Shown here: positions 1-9,938 of the stretch, one piece after another
Position numbering within the stretch: the stretch's first letter is position 1
How the letters are laid out: every line of letters starts with the position of its first letter
From: an uncultured bacterium
GTDB taxonomy: Bacteria > JAUVQV01 > CAWCAY01
NCBI GenBank assembly: GCA_963793725.1
Contig: CAWCAY010000003.1
Location: forward strand, 778,496-842,495
DNA: 64,000 nucleotides
Direction of reading: 5' to 3'
Notes under the pieces: model-generated
Told to the model about the DNA's origin: nothing
Database searches by the model: none
Seen by the model: the letters and a program-made list of their open reading frames with translations, nothing else
Made by a program: the position numbers and the translations under genes

Positions 1-68
1 AGGGACGTGAACTCTTGAAGGCGGTTTCCGGGTCTTCCGGAGCCGCCTTTCTCCTGAATGGGTGACGC

Positions 69-1038
69 GTGAACCGATTCGACCGCCAGGTGCTGTCGGC
101 CGCCGGCGAACTGCTCGCCGGGCGGGACCTTTCCGTCCTCCAGGTGAACGTGGGCCTGCGATGCAACCAGGTTTGCCGGCATTGCCAGCACGAGTCGTCC
201 CCCGCCCGGCACGAGGCGATGCCGTGGGAGGTCATGGAGGGGGTGCTGGCCGCGGCCGGATCGGTCGGCCGCCCGCTGGTCGACATCACCGGCGGGGCTC
301 CGGAACTGCACCCGGAGCTGCCGAGGTTCGTGGCTGCCCTGGCGCGTCACGGCTTCCCGATCCAGGTGCGCACCAACCTGACCGTGCTGCTGGAGCCGGG
401 GATCGAGGTCCCTGCCGGCCTTCTTCCGCGATCACCGGGTGGGGCTGTTCGCCTCGATTCCCTGTTTCCTCGATGGCGCGGCCGAGACCCAGCGGGGGCC
501 CGGCGCCTTCTCCAGGTGCGTGGAGGTGCTCGGCCGGCTCAATTCCCTGGGCTACGGCGTCGACCCGGAACTTCCGCTGTCGCTGGTCTACAATCCCGGA
601 GGGCCCGAGATTCCCGCCGGCCAGGATCTGCTGGAGGAAGAGTGCCGCCGGGAGTTGGGTGATCGCCTCGGCATCCGCTTCACCCGCCTGCTGGTCAACG
701 TCAACGTGCCCGTCGGCCGCTTCCGGCGGGAATTGTCGGGCACCGGCGGCTTGGCGGATTACCAGGCTGCCCTGGAGCGGTCATTCAATCCGGGCACGCT
801 CGATGCCCTCCAGTGCCGCCACCAGATAAGCATCCGGTGGGACGGCGCGTTGTTCGACTGCGACTTCAACCTGGCCCTAGGGATGCCGGTCGACCACGGG
901 GCGTCCGCACGGCTGGAGAAGTTCGACCCGCACCGGCTGGCGTGTCGCCGGATCGTCACCGGTCCCCACTGCTTCGCCTGCACCGCCGGCGCGGGAGGCT
1001 CCTGAAGCGGTGTCCTCCTGCCCCCGTCGGGGGCGTAG
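69..1038 (+). CDS. arsS: Radical SAM/Cys-rich domain (seleno)protein, ArsS/TIGR04167-like; needs one frame correction near 409-411 and read-through of TGA 1003-1005
   Basis: ORF 69..662 has a GTG start and the cluster motif LQVNVGLRCNQVCRHCQHE (CxxxCxxC). ORF 439..1005 continues in the next frame with PAFFRDHRVGLFASIPCFLDG ... WDGALFDCDFNLALGMP ... GPHCFACTAGAGGS. Dropping one C from ccc 409-411 joins them (EPGIEVLPAFFRDH). The ORF stops at TGA 1003-1005, where Cys-type relatives carry a conserved Cys. Ten more sense codons follow to TAG 1036-1038. Confidence 0.7.
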
Positions 1039-1040
1039 AC
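1012..1040 (+). promoter_or_regulatory. Candidate SECIS-like stem-loop just 3' of the in-frame TGA
   Basis: The upper stem is a perfect 6-bp pairing of gccccc (1020-1025) with gggggc (1029-1034), with apical loop gtc (1026-1028). A lower stem pairs gtc 1012-1014 with gac 1038-1040. The loop sits about 21-23 nt after the U of UGA. Confidence 0.35.
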
Positions 1041-1065
1041 TTCGCCGGGACCGGGTCGGAACGCC

Positions 1066-2541
1066 ATGAAACGGGCCGTGGTCATCGGCGCGGGCCTGGG
1101 GGGGCTGGCCGCGGCCATCCTCCTGGGCCGCCGGGGCTGGCGGGTGCTGGTGCTTGACCGGAACCGCCATCCCGGGGGAACGGCTTGCACCTATGCCCGG
1201 AAGGGCTACCACTTCCCGATGGGTCCGCTGGGATTCAGCAGCCCCGCCGAGGTCCATCGGCTGCTGGCCGACCTGACCGGCCGCCAGACGTGCGCCATCC
1301 CCGTTCGCTACCGAATCCGGGCCATGGGGCTCGACCTGCCACTGTCGCTGCCGCCGGAGGGTCTGACCGCCGCCCTGGCCGCGGTCTTCCCGGCCGAAGC
1401 AATCGGGGTGGCCAAATTCTTCCGCATGGTGGACGTCCCGGCCGAGGCCGTGCCGGTGACCGACGCCGCATCCTGGCTCGCCGGCCACATCGCCGACGAA
1501 CGGCTCCGGCGGGTGCTGGGGTCGATCGGAACCAGGCCGGCTTCGTTCTCGCTCCCCCTCCTGCTGGCCCAGTGGCGGCTGATGCTGCGCCAGGGAATCT
1601 GGTATCCGGCGGGGGGCTTCCGTGGCCTTGCCGGTCTGCTGGCGGCGGAAGTCGCCGCCCCGGGGCCCGGGACGGGCGAGGTGCGGCTGGGGGCCGGCGC
1701 GGTCGGGATCGTCGTCGACCGGGGCCGGGCGACGGGCGTGCGCCTGGATGACGGCGCCATTGTCGAGGCCGACCTGGTCGTCTCCAACGCCGACTTCCCG
1801 TCGACCTTCCTGGAATTGCTCCGGCCGGAAGACGTGCCGGCGGCGTTCCGGGAGGCGATCGTCGCCCGCCGCCTGACTGGGTCAGGTTTCCAGGTGGCCC
1901 TCGGGATCAGTGCCGATCGGGCCGACTTGTCGGCCTTTCGCGACGGGTCGCGGATCATCTTCCGGCGGCCCGGCCCGGTCGGGGATGATTCCGCGGAGGA
2001 GGGTGGGCCGGCTTCGGTGATCGATCCGGTGAGGCTGGCCGGGCAAGAGCTGGAGATCGCCCTCTGGAGCGCCGAGGATACCGACCTGGCGCCCACCGGC
2101 GGGGCGGTTCTGGTCGTCCGGACCGAAGCCGACTATCGATGGTTCCAGCCGTTTTGGGCCGGCCGGATGCGGAGGGGTCCCGGGTACACGGCCTTCAAGG
2201 AAGGGCTGGCCGAAGGGCTGATCGCCGCTGCGGCCACGCTGCTGCCCGGGCTGCGGGAGGCGGTCGACGTGGTCGACGTCGCCACGCCGCTCACCTTCCG
2301 GGACCGCGGCGGGAGGACGGCCGGAGCGGTAGCCGGATGGTCGTGGGACGCGGCCGATTTCTCCGCGACCGTCCCCGAGGACCTGACCGCCACGCCGCTG
2401 CCGAACCTGCTGATGGTCGGGCATCAGGCCTCCTCGGCCATCTTTCGCGGTGGGGTGCCGACCGCCCTGTCGAGCGCCTTTACGGCCGTGGATTCCGGGG
2501 CACGTACCGGCAACTTCAAACAGCAGGAACCGGAGGTGTGA
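1066..2541 (+). CDS. NAD(P)/FAD-dependent oxidoreductase, phytoene-desaturase (CrtI)-like family
   Basis: 491-aa ORF. The N-terminal dinucleotide-binding motif is MKRAVVIGAGLGGLAAAILLGRRGWRVLVLDRNRHPGG. The ATG lies 28 nt after the extended arsS stop. Confidence 0.8.
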   Translation: MKRAVVIGAGLGGLAAAILLGRRGWRVLVLDRNRHPGGTACTYARKGYHFPMGPLGFSSPAEVHRLLADLTGRQTCAIPVRYRIRAMGLDLPLSLPPEGLTAALAAVFPAEAIGVAKFFRMVDVPAEAVPVTDAASWLAGHIADERLRRVLGSIGTRPASFSLPLLLAQWRLMLRQGIWYPAGGFRGLAGLLAAEVAAPGPGTGEVRLGAGAVGIVVDRGRATGVRLDDGAIVEADLVVSNADFPSTFLELLRPEDVPAAFREAIVARRLTGSGFQVALGISADRADLSAFRDGSRIIFRRPGPVGDDSAEEGGPASVIDPVRLAGQELEIALWSAEDTDLAPTGGAVLVVRTEADYRWFQPFWAGRMRRGPGYTAFKEGLAEGLIAAAATLLPGLREAVDVVDVATPLTFRDRGGRTAGAVAGWSWDAADFSATVPEDLTATPLPNLLMVGHQASSAIFRGGVPTALSSAFTAVDSGARTGNFKQQEPEV

Positions 2542-2543
2542 CG

Positions 2544-3116
2544 ATGAAGGTGGTGGCATTCAACGGATCGGCCCGGCGGGACGGCAACACGGCCATCCTG
2601 CTGCGCCGCGTGCTGGCCGAATTGGAGCGGGAGGGAATCGGCACCGAGCTGGTGCAACTGGCGGGGGAGAAGGTCCACGGCTGCACCGCCTGCATGAAAT
2701 GCCGGCAGAGCCGCAACCGGCAGTGCACCGGCCTGCGGGACTTCGGCAACGAGTGCATCGGCAGGATGGACGCGGCTGACGGCATCCTGATCGGCTCGCC
2801 GGTCTATTTCGCGGACGTCACCGCCGAGACCAAGGCGCTGATCGACCGGACCGGGTACGTGGCCATGGCCAACGACGGCATGCTGACCCGCAAAGTGGGG
2901 GCGGCGGTCATCGCCGTCCGGCGCGGGGGGGCGGTGCACGCCTTCGACTCGATCAACCACCTCTTCCTGATCAGCCAGATGATCGTCCCCGGGGCCTCCT
3001 ACTGGAACATGGGCCTGGGGCGCGACAAGGGGGCGGTGGAGGAGGACGCCGAGGGGATGCAGACTATGGAGACGCTCGGGCGGAACATGGCCTGGTTGCT
3101 CAAGAAACTCGCCTAG
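2544..3116 (+). CDS. Iron-sulfur flavoprotein-like NADPH-dependent FMN reductase
   Basis: ATG 2544 follows the upstream TGA (2539-2541). The sequence MKVVAFNGSARRDGNT is a flavodoxin-like start. The compact Cys motif CTACMKCRQSRNRQC (CX2CX2CX7C) is typical of Isf-type proteins. Confidence 0.8.
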   Translation: MKVVAFNGSARRDGNTAILLRRVLAELEREGIGTELVQLAGEKVHGCTACMKCRQSRNRQCTGLRDFGNECIGRMDAADGILIGSPVYFADVTAETKALIDRTGYVAMANDGMLTRKVGAAVIAVRRGGAVHAFDSINHLFLISQMIVPGASYWNMGLGRDKGAVEEDAEGMQTMETLGRNMAWLLKKLA

Positions 3117-3177
3117 GGCGACTGCCGACAGGCAACGGGCTGATTGCGAAAGGCTAGCGGGGTCCTGCCGCCTCTCA

Positions 3178-3219
3178 CCCCCACGGAGTGCTCGCGAAAG
3201 GACTGCGCCTCCGTGGGGG
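3178..3219. terminator. Hairpin between convergent genes (possible bidirectional terminator)
   Basis: An 11-bp perfect inverted repeat pairs cccccacggag (3178-3188) with ctccgtggggg (3209-3219), with a 20-nt loop. There is no clear U-tract. Confidence 0.25.
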
Positions 3220-3280
3220 GCCCCGTCGGCGTCACCCCGCTCATCTTCCGGATTCGCACGGGCAGGTGTCAGGGGGTGCC

Positions 3281-4384
3281 CTAGTCGAGTGTTCGTTGCC
3301 TCAATGATGGCTGGATGGCGGCTTGGATTTCGCGGGCGATGACGGCGTGGACCCGGCGGTTCGGGTGCGGGTCGGTCGGGTGGACGGTCAGGGGGGGAGG
3401 CCCGGCACGGCCGACGGCTCCGGCCAGGTCAAGTGTCCGGATGCCTTCAGCCGCGAGCCATCGTTCCAACCGCTCATGGATGCCGGCGAAGACGTAGCTG
3501 CCGGAGGACACCCCCTGGAGGTCCGGGAAGAGGACGACCAGCAGGTCGGCGTCGGCCGCCCGGCAGCGATCCCGGGCTTCGGTCAGGCTCTTCTGCAGGC
3601 CGGCCAGGCGCTCCGGATTGTCGTACAGCGACCGATAGATCCGGATTGTCCGGCTTGACAGGTATCGCCCCCAGGCGCGGTCGAAGGCCCAGCGCGCCAG
3701 CCGTGACCAGGAGACGGCCCGGAGCCACTTCCCGCGCAGGGCGTTGGTCTCGTTGCCGAAGCGGTCGAGCGCCTCGTGGTCGATGTCGTTCAGGAACCAG
3801 CCCCAGACGACCACGTCGGGGCGATAGGCCGGCAGGATCTCCCGCAGCAGGATGATCTCGTCGACGTGGCAATAGCCGCCGACGCCGAAGTTGTAGACTT
3901 CGCTGCGGACGCCCGCCTCGTTCAAGCCTTTGCCGAGGAGGAAGCCCCACGAGTGGTCGAGCCAGACCCCCTCGCCGAAGGTGAACGAGTCTCCCACCAG
4001 GACCGTCCGGGCGACTCCAGGGGTGCGCGGGATGGCGAAGTCGGCCCCCCGGAAGCCCTGGCGGTTCATGGCATAGATCACCTGGTTGCGGCGGTCGAAG
4101 TAGCCGTCGCGGTTGTCGGGGTAGACGTGGCCCCAGATGCTCCCGGGGAGGAACCGGTAGAGGCTCCGCGACAGGACCGGGTCGCCCGGCTTGAGGGGGA
4201 CGGCCGGGTCGAGCGGTTTCCAGACAAGCGCCTTCTCGAACCCGGCCACCTTGCGCTCTCCCGTCGGCGGGGAGAGGAGCAGCCGGGCGGCCCCTTCGGC
4301 AACCACCAGGCAGAGGAGGGCAGATAACAGCGCCAGGCGGACCTCGGGACGGACCCGCCGGTCATCGTTGGTGTAGGGCATCAT
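3281..4384 (-). CDS. SGNH/GDSL-type hydrolase with N-terminal membrane anchor
   Basis: Taken from ORF 3281..4588, using the internal start MMPYTNDD (ATG at 4384). A hydrophobic helix LALLSALLCLVVAEG is present. Block I is VLVGDSFTFGEG, followed by FGVGGY and WGWFLNDIDHE. Confidence 0.7.
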   Translation of the reverse strand: MMPYTNDDRRVRPEVRLALLSALLCLVVAEGAARLLLSPPTGERKVAGFEKALVWKPLDPAVPLKPGDPVLSRSLYRFLPGSIWGHVYPDNRDGYFDRRNQVIYAMNRQGFRGADFAIPRTPGVARTVLVGDSFTFGEGVWLDHSWGFLLGKGLNEAGVRSEVYNFGVGGYCHVDEIILLREILPAYRPDVVVWGWFLNDIDHEALDRFGNETNALRGKWLRAVSWSRLARWAFDRAWGRYLSSRTIRIYRSLYDNPERLAGLQKSLTEARDRCRAADADLLVVLFPDLQGVSSGSYVFAGIHERLERWLAAEGIRTLDLAGAVGRAGPPPLTVHPTDPHPNRRVHAVIAREIQAAIQPSLRQRTLD

Positions 4385-4514
4385 GGTCGATGACTGTACG
4401 CCGATGGATGCGGGCGGGTCAAGCGCCCTCCGGAACGCTGCCGGCTCCCCCGCGTTGACCGGGCTTCCGAGGGCACCTATACTCGTCCGAGGCAAACCAT
4501 CGAGGAGGTGGACC

Positions 4515-4886
4515 ATGACCACGAACCCCGGCGACATCCCCGTCTTCCGGAACAGCCCGGTGCTGGTGCTCATCCTGGGAATCGTCACCTGCGGACTCTA
4601 CCTGATCTACTGGAACATCAAGATGGCCCAGGTGCTGAATGCCGTCGGCGGCCGGGAGGTCATCTCGACAATGGTCTCGGTCCTCTCCGGTTGCTGCATG
4701 CCGGTGAACATCTACTACTACTACCTGGCCGGCCAGGCCCTGCCCGAGGTGGGAAAGCTGATCGGGCGCGAGGAGGAACTGCGCAAGCTGTCGCTGGTGC
4801 TTCTCCTCCTGGGGATCTTCTTCCCGATGGTGGCGGCCATGATCGTCCAGGGGCACGTCAACGAACTCTATGACCGGCGTCCCTGA
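4515..4886 (+). CDS. DUF4234-like small membrane protein
   Basis: ATG 4515 is preceded by the RBS gaggagg. The sequence reads MTTNPGDIPVFRNSPVLVLILGIVTCGLYLIYWNIKMAQVLN. The upstream part of ORF 4383..4886 is not protein-like. Confidence 0.7.
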   Translation: MTTNPGDIPVFRNSPVLVLILGIVTCGLYLIYWNIKMAQVLNAVGGREVISTMVSVLSGCCMPVNIYYYYLAGQALPEVGKLIGREEELRKLSLVLLLLGIFFPMVAAMIVQGHVNELYDRRP

Positions 4887-5343
4887 GGGGGGCTTCGTCG
4901 CCCGTCGCCTGGGCCTGATCGGCGGTGTGGCGGCGGTCTTCCTGGCGGCCCGCCTGTACGCCCCGTGGGTGTCGGCGGGGCCGGTGGTCTGCCCGATGCA
5001 CGGGCTGGTCGGCCTCCCCTGCCCGTCGTGCGGCATGACCCGGGCCATGTGCGCGCTGGTCACCGGGGAATGGGGGGCGGCGGCCGGTTTCAACGCCCTG
5101 GTCTATCCGCTGGCGCTGCTGATGGCCGGCGGTGCCCTGGTCGCGCTGGCCGAGGCGCTGACCGGGCGTCCGTCGCCGGCGCGCCGGCTCTTCTATTCGG
5201 TCCGGCTTGCCCTGCTGTTCGGCGGAGCGGTTGCCGGCTACCACCTGCTCAGGCTGGTCGCCATGGCCCGTGACGGGTCGTTGGCCCGCGACTACCTGGC
5301 AACCTCGTGGACCTGGAGCCTGCTGTCGCGCTACCTCTCCTGA
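4870..5343 (+). CDS. DUF2752-like membrane protein
   Basis: 157-aa ORF with CPMHGLVGLPCPSCGMTRA, the characteristic CxxxG..PCPxCGxTRA signature. It overlaps the preceding DUF4234 gene by 17 nt. Confidence 0.75.
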   Translation: MTGVPEGGFVARRLGLIGGVAAVFLAARLYAPWVSAGPVVCPMHGLVGLPCPSCGMTRAMCALVTGEWGAAAGFNALVYPLALLMAGGALVALAEALTGRPSPARRLFYSVRLALLFGGAVAGYHLLRLVAMARDGSLARDYLATSWTWSLLSRYLS

Positions 5344-5353
5344 CGTCCGCCGT

Positions 5354-6908
5354 TCAGGCGGAGAAGTGGACGAACAGGCGGACGAGGACGGCGGTTCCCA
5401 GCGAGACACCCATGGCCGCCGCCGCCCAAGCGCGGGGCCGTTCCCGGTCGAGGATCCACGATGCGGCGAAGACGAGCGGCAGCGTGGTCACCCAGTTCCA
5501 GATGCGGGGCGCCTCGTTCTTCAGGGCCGGGATGACCAGGATCGGGATCAGGGTCACTCCCGCGGCGCACAGGTACAGCAGCAGGGGCCGGGTCATCGTC
5601 CGGCGCCGGATCGCTTCCCGCAGGAAGGCGACGAAGCAGGCGCAGGTCAGCGAACCCATCATCAGGTAGAGGGTCCACTGCCCGGCGACCAGGTGGGTGG
5701 CCCACTGAACGATGCTCTCATAGCGGTAGAAGCGGGACACGAAGGAGCTGGCGTTCCGGTATATCTCCCAGTAGTTCAGCCGCAACAAGGCCAGCGAGCC
5801 GAACCAGAAGAGGGCGAACCAGGCCAGCGGCCGCGCCGGGCGCAGCAGAGTGGCGGCCGGCGGCAGGCCGTCCCTCCGTCCGGCGACGACCAGGAAGAGG
5901 GCGATGACGGCGGTCACGATGCACCAACTGTAGCTGAGCATGGCCAGGATCGTGAACAGCACGCCCAGCAGCAGGTCCTCTCCCGTATGAGTTGTTTCGG
6001 GCCGGCGTTTCGCCAGCCGCAGGGCCAGCAGCAGGATGGCGTTGAAGAAGAGCAGGTAGAAGGCCTCCATGGCGAAGATGTCGTAGTAGACGGCCGCCGG
6101 CGACGTCGCCCAGAGGCCGGCCGAGAGCCAACCCCCGGCGGGGGTGCCGACGACCGCCCGTCCCAGCGCGTACATCAGCAGCAGGTTGAGGGTGGCCAGG
6201 ACGGCCAGGCCGATGGCGTAGACGTGTCGCGAGGGTCGCGCGTCACCCAGGGAAAAGCCGCGGCCGATCAGCCACAGCGACAGCGACGCCCCCGGTGGAT
6301 GGCTCTTGGCGTGCATCTGGAGGCGGGGCTGGTACTCGGCGAAGTGGCTCAGGTAGTGGCGCCCGTCGGTGATGGCCCGGATGTCGTAGTGACATCGTCG
6401 CGGCGGCGTTGAACCAGGGTTTGACCAGCGAGCCCATGCCGCCGGGCACGTCGTTGCCCGCCCCCAGCGGCAGCGAGTTGACCGACAGGGTCAGCCCCAG
6501 CGCCAGGAAGTAGAGGAGCAGCAGTCCGCCGGCCGTCTCCCGTCGCGCCGGCCGGTCCCGCCGCGACAGGCGGAGGACCGCCAGGATCAGGGCCGCGCCC
6601 GTCGCCAGGGCCGCGCCTCCCCAGAGCCAGACCGTCGGCGAGGCAAGGCAGCGCCACAGCCACGGCAGCGCTCCGCCGGGGTCCCACGCGTGGACGAAGA
6701 AGGGGAAGGTCTTCGGGTCGATGTAGTAGCGCAGATCGGGCCAGGTCCGGCAGGCTAGGTTGATGACCGCCCATCCACCCCAGGGGCGCAGGCTCCAGAG
6801 GATCATCCAGCGCGCCGCGTCGCCCCGGCCGGGGCGGCACATTCGCCAGGCAAGACCGGCAGCTTCGGCCAGCAGCGTCGCCAGCAGCACCAGGGCGGGG
6901 GCGCTCAT
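5354..6908 (-). CDS. Polytopic GT-C-type (ArnT/PMT-like) membrane glycosyltransferase candidate, one frame disruption near 6385-6400
   Basis: The N-terminal part is in ORF 6243..6989, starting at MSAPALVLLATLL. Its ATG at 6908 forms an ATGA overlap with the methyltransferase stop. The C-terminal part is ORF 5354..6316. The joined sequence reads ...SLVKPWFNAAAT/HYDIRAITDGRHYLSHFAEYQPRLQMHAKSHPPGASL. There are many TM segments. Confidence 0.6.
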
Positions 6909-7603
6909 TGCCGGGCGGCCGGACGCTCCGGGTTGGCCGGCGGTTCCCCCTTGCGGCAGACCAGCAGCACGTGCGGGTAGGGGAGCCAATCATTCAGCAG
7001 GTGGACCGACACGTCGAAGCCGATTCGCCGCAGCATGATCTCGAAGTCCTGGTGGTGGAGGTAGTAGACCGGCTCGCGGCCGACCATCAGGATGTCCATG
7101 GCGTAGTTGAAGATGTACTTCCAGAGGGGGGCGGTGGTCACATCCTTGACCACCAGGACGCCCCCGGGCCGGAGTTTGCCGTGGCAGTCCTCGAGCAGGT
7201 GCCACTTCTTGGCCGGTGAGACGTGGTGGAGCAGGTCGAGGATGACGATGCCGTCGACCTCCCCGAGCGACATGCGGGTGGCGTCGCCGGCGGTGAAGCG
7301 GATGTTTTCGAGGCCCAGTTTCGCGGCGGCGGCGGTCGCCTCGTCGATGCGCCGCCGGTTCAGGTCGAACCCCTCGATGGCCCGCTCGGGGCGCTTCAGC
7401 TTGAAGAACATGCTGAACAGGCCGAAGCCGCAGCCGATGTCGACGATCCGCCCGGCCTTCGGCAGGTGCTCTTCGATCCGCGACAGGATGTCGATGTGGA
7501 TGATGATGAAGCGGATGAAGACGTACAGGCGGGGAACCCAGCCGCGATACGCGCGATTGATCCGCCTGACGATGGCCCGGTGATCCCTCGATTCGCCGCT
7601 CAT
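6905..7603 (-). CDS. Class I SAM-dependent methyltransferase
   Basis: 232-aa ORF. Motif I is IVDIGCGFGLFSMFF, and the DATRMSL and ILDLLHH motifs are present. It is translationally coupled to the downstream GT-C gene. Confidence 0.85.
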   Translation of the reverse strand: MSGESRDHRAIVRRINRAYRGWVPRLYVFIRFIIIHIDILSRIEEHLPKAGRIVDIGCGFGLFSMFFKLKRPERAIEGFDLNRRRIDEATAAAAKLGLENIRFTAGDATRMSLGEVDGIVILDLLHHVSPAKKWHLLEDCHGKLRPGGVLVVKDVTTAPLWKYIFNYAMDILMVGREPVYYLHHQDFEIMLRRIGFDVSVHLLNDWLPYPHVLLVCRKGEPPANPERPAARQ

Positions 7604-7620
7604 CTGGCGCGTCCTCCCGA

Positions 7621-8046
7621 TCAGCCCCGGGATGCCTCCCGCGGCAGGTCCTTCCCGCAGAAGCGGCAGACGGTGGCGGCGGGCTTGACCCTCTCGGCGC
7701 AGAAGGGGCAGGTCCTGGTCGCCCCCTCATCTCCCCCCTGGCCGGGGGCACGGAGGTGCTCGGTCTGGGCGGCCTCGATGAGCGCCTTGATCCGGAGGGC
7801 GTCGCGCTTGCGGTGTCCGTGGCTGGTGATCGCGTCGGTGCCGCCGGTGCTCTCGACCAGGATGTCGCTCCAGAGGATACCCGTCTGGATGCGGACCGAA
7901 GCCACCCGCTGGAGGTGGATGCTCACTTCATTCCGGCTGAACCAGCTCCGCTTGCGGCGGATGATGGCCGTGCCGGTGACCTCGATGACGGTCGGGAACA
8001 TCAGGTTGCCGCCGGTCCACCGGCTGGCCGCGAAGATCTCTCCCAT
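7621..8046 (-). CDS. Bacterial PH-domain-like protein with C-terminal zinc ribbon
   Basis: 141-aa ORF. A PH-like core reads VIEVTGTAIIRRKRSWFSRNEVSIHLQRVASVRIQTGILWSDILVESTGG. The C-terminal ribbon is CPFCAERVKPAATVCRFCG. Confidence 0.6.
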   Translation of the reverse strand: MGEIFAASRWTGGNLMFPTVIEVTGTAIIRRKRSWFSRNEVSIHLQRVASVRIQTGILWSDILVESTGGTDAITSHGHRKRDALRIKALIEAAQTEHLRAPGQGGDEGATRTCPFCAERVKPAATVCRFCGKDLPREASRG

Positions 8047-8067
8047 GATCGGTCGCCTCCCCGGCGC

Positions 8068-8457
8068 TCAGTCGATGCCGACGTCGCCGGGGTGGAGGCT
8101 CTCCACCAGTTGAGTCTGGCGGGCGCTGACGCTGATGAAGAGCCGGGCGATGGTGTCGTGCATGATGACCGTGCGCTTGTTTCCCTGGACCACGAAGCGC
8201 TCCTTGATCGCGCGCTTGAGGCCGGCGTCGCCGCACACCACGATCATGATGTCGATGTCGTCGGCCCGGTCCACCAGGGCCATCGGGTCGGTGGTGGAGT
8301 GAACGCCCTTCTCGGTGGCCAGCATTATTCCCGGCGCGCCCCGCTTGACGTCGGCGATGCCGACGACGGAGACGTACGGATACTTGAGCAGCTCGTTGAG
8401 CAGCATCGAACCGGTCCTTCCCGCGCCGATGATCGCCACGGTGATCTTCTCGGTCAT
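8068..8457 (-). CDS. Small Rossmann-fold NAD(P)-binding domain protein
   Basis: Taken from ORF 8068..8472, using the start MTEKITVAIIGAGRTGS, which carries a GxGxxG motif. It is the first gene of the minus-strand operon running from 8457 to 5354. Confidence 0.55.
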   Translation of the reverse strand: MTEKITVAIIGAGRTGSMLLNELLKYPYVSVVGIADVKRGAPGIMLATEKGVHSTTDPMALVDRADDIDIMIVVCGDAGLKRAIKERFVVQGNKRTVIMHDTIARLFISVSARQTQLVESLHPGDVGID

Positions 8458-8657
8458 GCCGTCTCCCCCCACGATTGAGAATGCCCCTCGATGAACGTCG
8501 GAATGATCCCTCGGCTGAACAAAGCGGCTTCACTTTACGCCGGCGGAGGGATTTCCGTCAAGTTCCCTCCGGAAGGGTGCCGGGCTCCCGGACTGCCGGC
8601 GCGGCGGCGGTTCCATGGTAGAATGCCCCCCACAAGAACGGAATCAGGAGGAAACCC

Positions 8658-9443
8658 GTGCTGCGATCGGCGACCAAGTGGCGGTTGGCAATCAGGGTAC
8701 TGCCCATTTGCCTGGGGGTGGTGCTGCTCAAGTTCGTCCTCCACCGGTTCGGGTGGGAGGCGATCAACCTGAACCCGGTCTTTCCGGGGCTCCTGGCGGC
8801 CACCGTCTTCCTGCTGGGCTTCCTGATCTCCGGGGTGCTGACCGACTACAAGGAGAGTGAGAAGCTGCCCGGCGAGATCGCCGCCAGCCTGGAGGCCATG
8901 GCCGGCGAGGCGGGCATCATCTGGCGGAACAAGAAGGCGCCCGAGGCGATGGCCTGCGTGGCGCACGTCGAGCGCCTGTCGGGCGCGGTCCTGGAATGGC
9001 TGCGCGGGAAGACGGCTTTCGATGACCTGATGAACCAGCTGACCGATCTCGACCGGCACCTGGCGGCCATCGAATCCCTCGCCCCGCCGCCGTTCATCGT
9101 CAGAATGAAGCAGGAGCAGTCGTCCCTGCGGCGGTTCATCATCCGGATAAACGTCATCCGGGAGACCTCGTTCATCGGCACCGGTTACGCCATCGCCGAG
9201 ATCGTCTCCGTCCTGCTGATCCTGGCCTTCACGCTGGCGGCCATCGAGCCCTTCGGAGAGTCCCTCTTCATCGTCGGGCTGATCACCTTCCTGCTGACCT
9301 ACATGCTGGCGCTGATCATGGACCTGGACAACCCCTTCGACTACCAGGCGGACGGGACTGCGGGGGGTGACGAGGTTTCGCTGGCCCCGCTGGAGGGCGT
9401 CCGGGCGCGCATTGGGCGCCTGATCGCGGCGCTGGCGGGGTGA
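8658..9443 (+). CDS. Membrane protein of unknown function (bestrophin/DUF4239-like topology)
   Basis: 261-aa ORF. GTG 8658 is preceded by the RBS aggagg. The ends are hydrophobic and the middle is soluble. The family call is tentative. Confidence 0.55.
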   Translation: MLRSATKWRLAIRVLPICLGVVLLKFVLHRFGWEAINLNPVFPGLLAATVFLLGFLISGVLTDYKESEKLPGEIAASLEAMAGEAGIIWRNKKAPEAMACVAHVERLSGAVLEWLRGKTAFDDLMNQLTDLDRHLAAIESLAPPPFIVRMKQEQSSLRRFIIRINVIRETSFIGTGYAIAEIVSVLLILAFTLAAIEPFGESLFIVGLITFLLTYMLALIMDLDNPFDYQADGTAGGDEVSLAPLEGVRARIGRLIAALAG

Positions 9444-9465
9444 GACGGGGCACCGTCCGCCGCAC

Positions 9466-9770
9466 ATGAACGAAGCGCTCATCCAGAGGCTTGCCCGGCT
9501 CGCCCGGAACACCCGCCTGCTCGGCCTCGTGGACCGGTTGCTCTTCGTGCGTGAACTTGCCCGCCACGGCGGGGCGAACCGGCTCTTCGCCCGACGCCAC
9601 CCCGGCTTCGCCGTGCCCCCCCGCGGCCTCGTTCGACGCCGTCTACGCCCTGTCGGTGTTCACCCACCTCGACGCCCGGGGATGGGAGGCGTGGATTCAC
9701 GAGTTGGCCCGCGTGACCCGCGAGGGGGGCTTTCTCCCCTTGACGGGCGTCATCCGCCTCTGCCATAGTG
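9466..9770 (+). pseudogene. Remnant of a class I SAM-dependent methyltransferase (internal deletion and frameshift)
   Basis: ORF 9466 gives MNEALIQRLARLARNTRLLGLVDRLLFVRELARH. A second frame (ORF 9491) gives FDAVYALSVFTHLDARGWEAWIHELARVTREGGFL, which corresponds to post-motif II/III. The GxGxG SAM-binding block between them is missing. Confidence 0.35.
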
Positions 9771-9938
9771 GGATCGATTCATGCAGGATTTCACGGCGGG
9801 GCACCTTCCCGGCCTCCCGTGCTCCGCCCGCCGACGCTCCCACCCGGGGGGCCGCCTCGAAGGAGGTGAGGCCTGACAGCCATGCCCGTGGACCGAATAA
9901 GGTTTGAGTCCTCATCGGGAAGCACAGGAGGAGACGTC

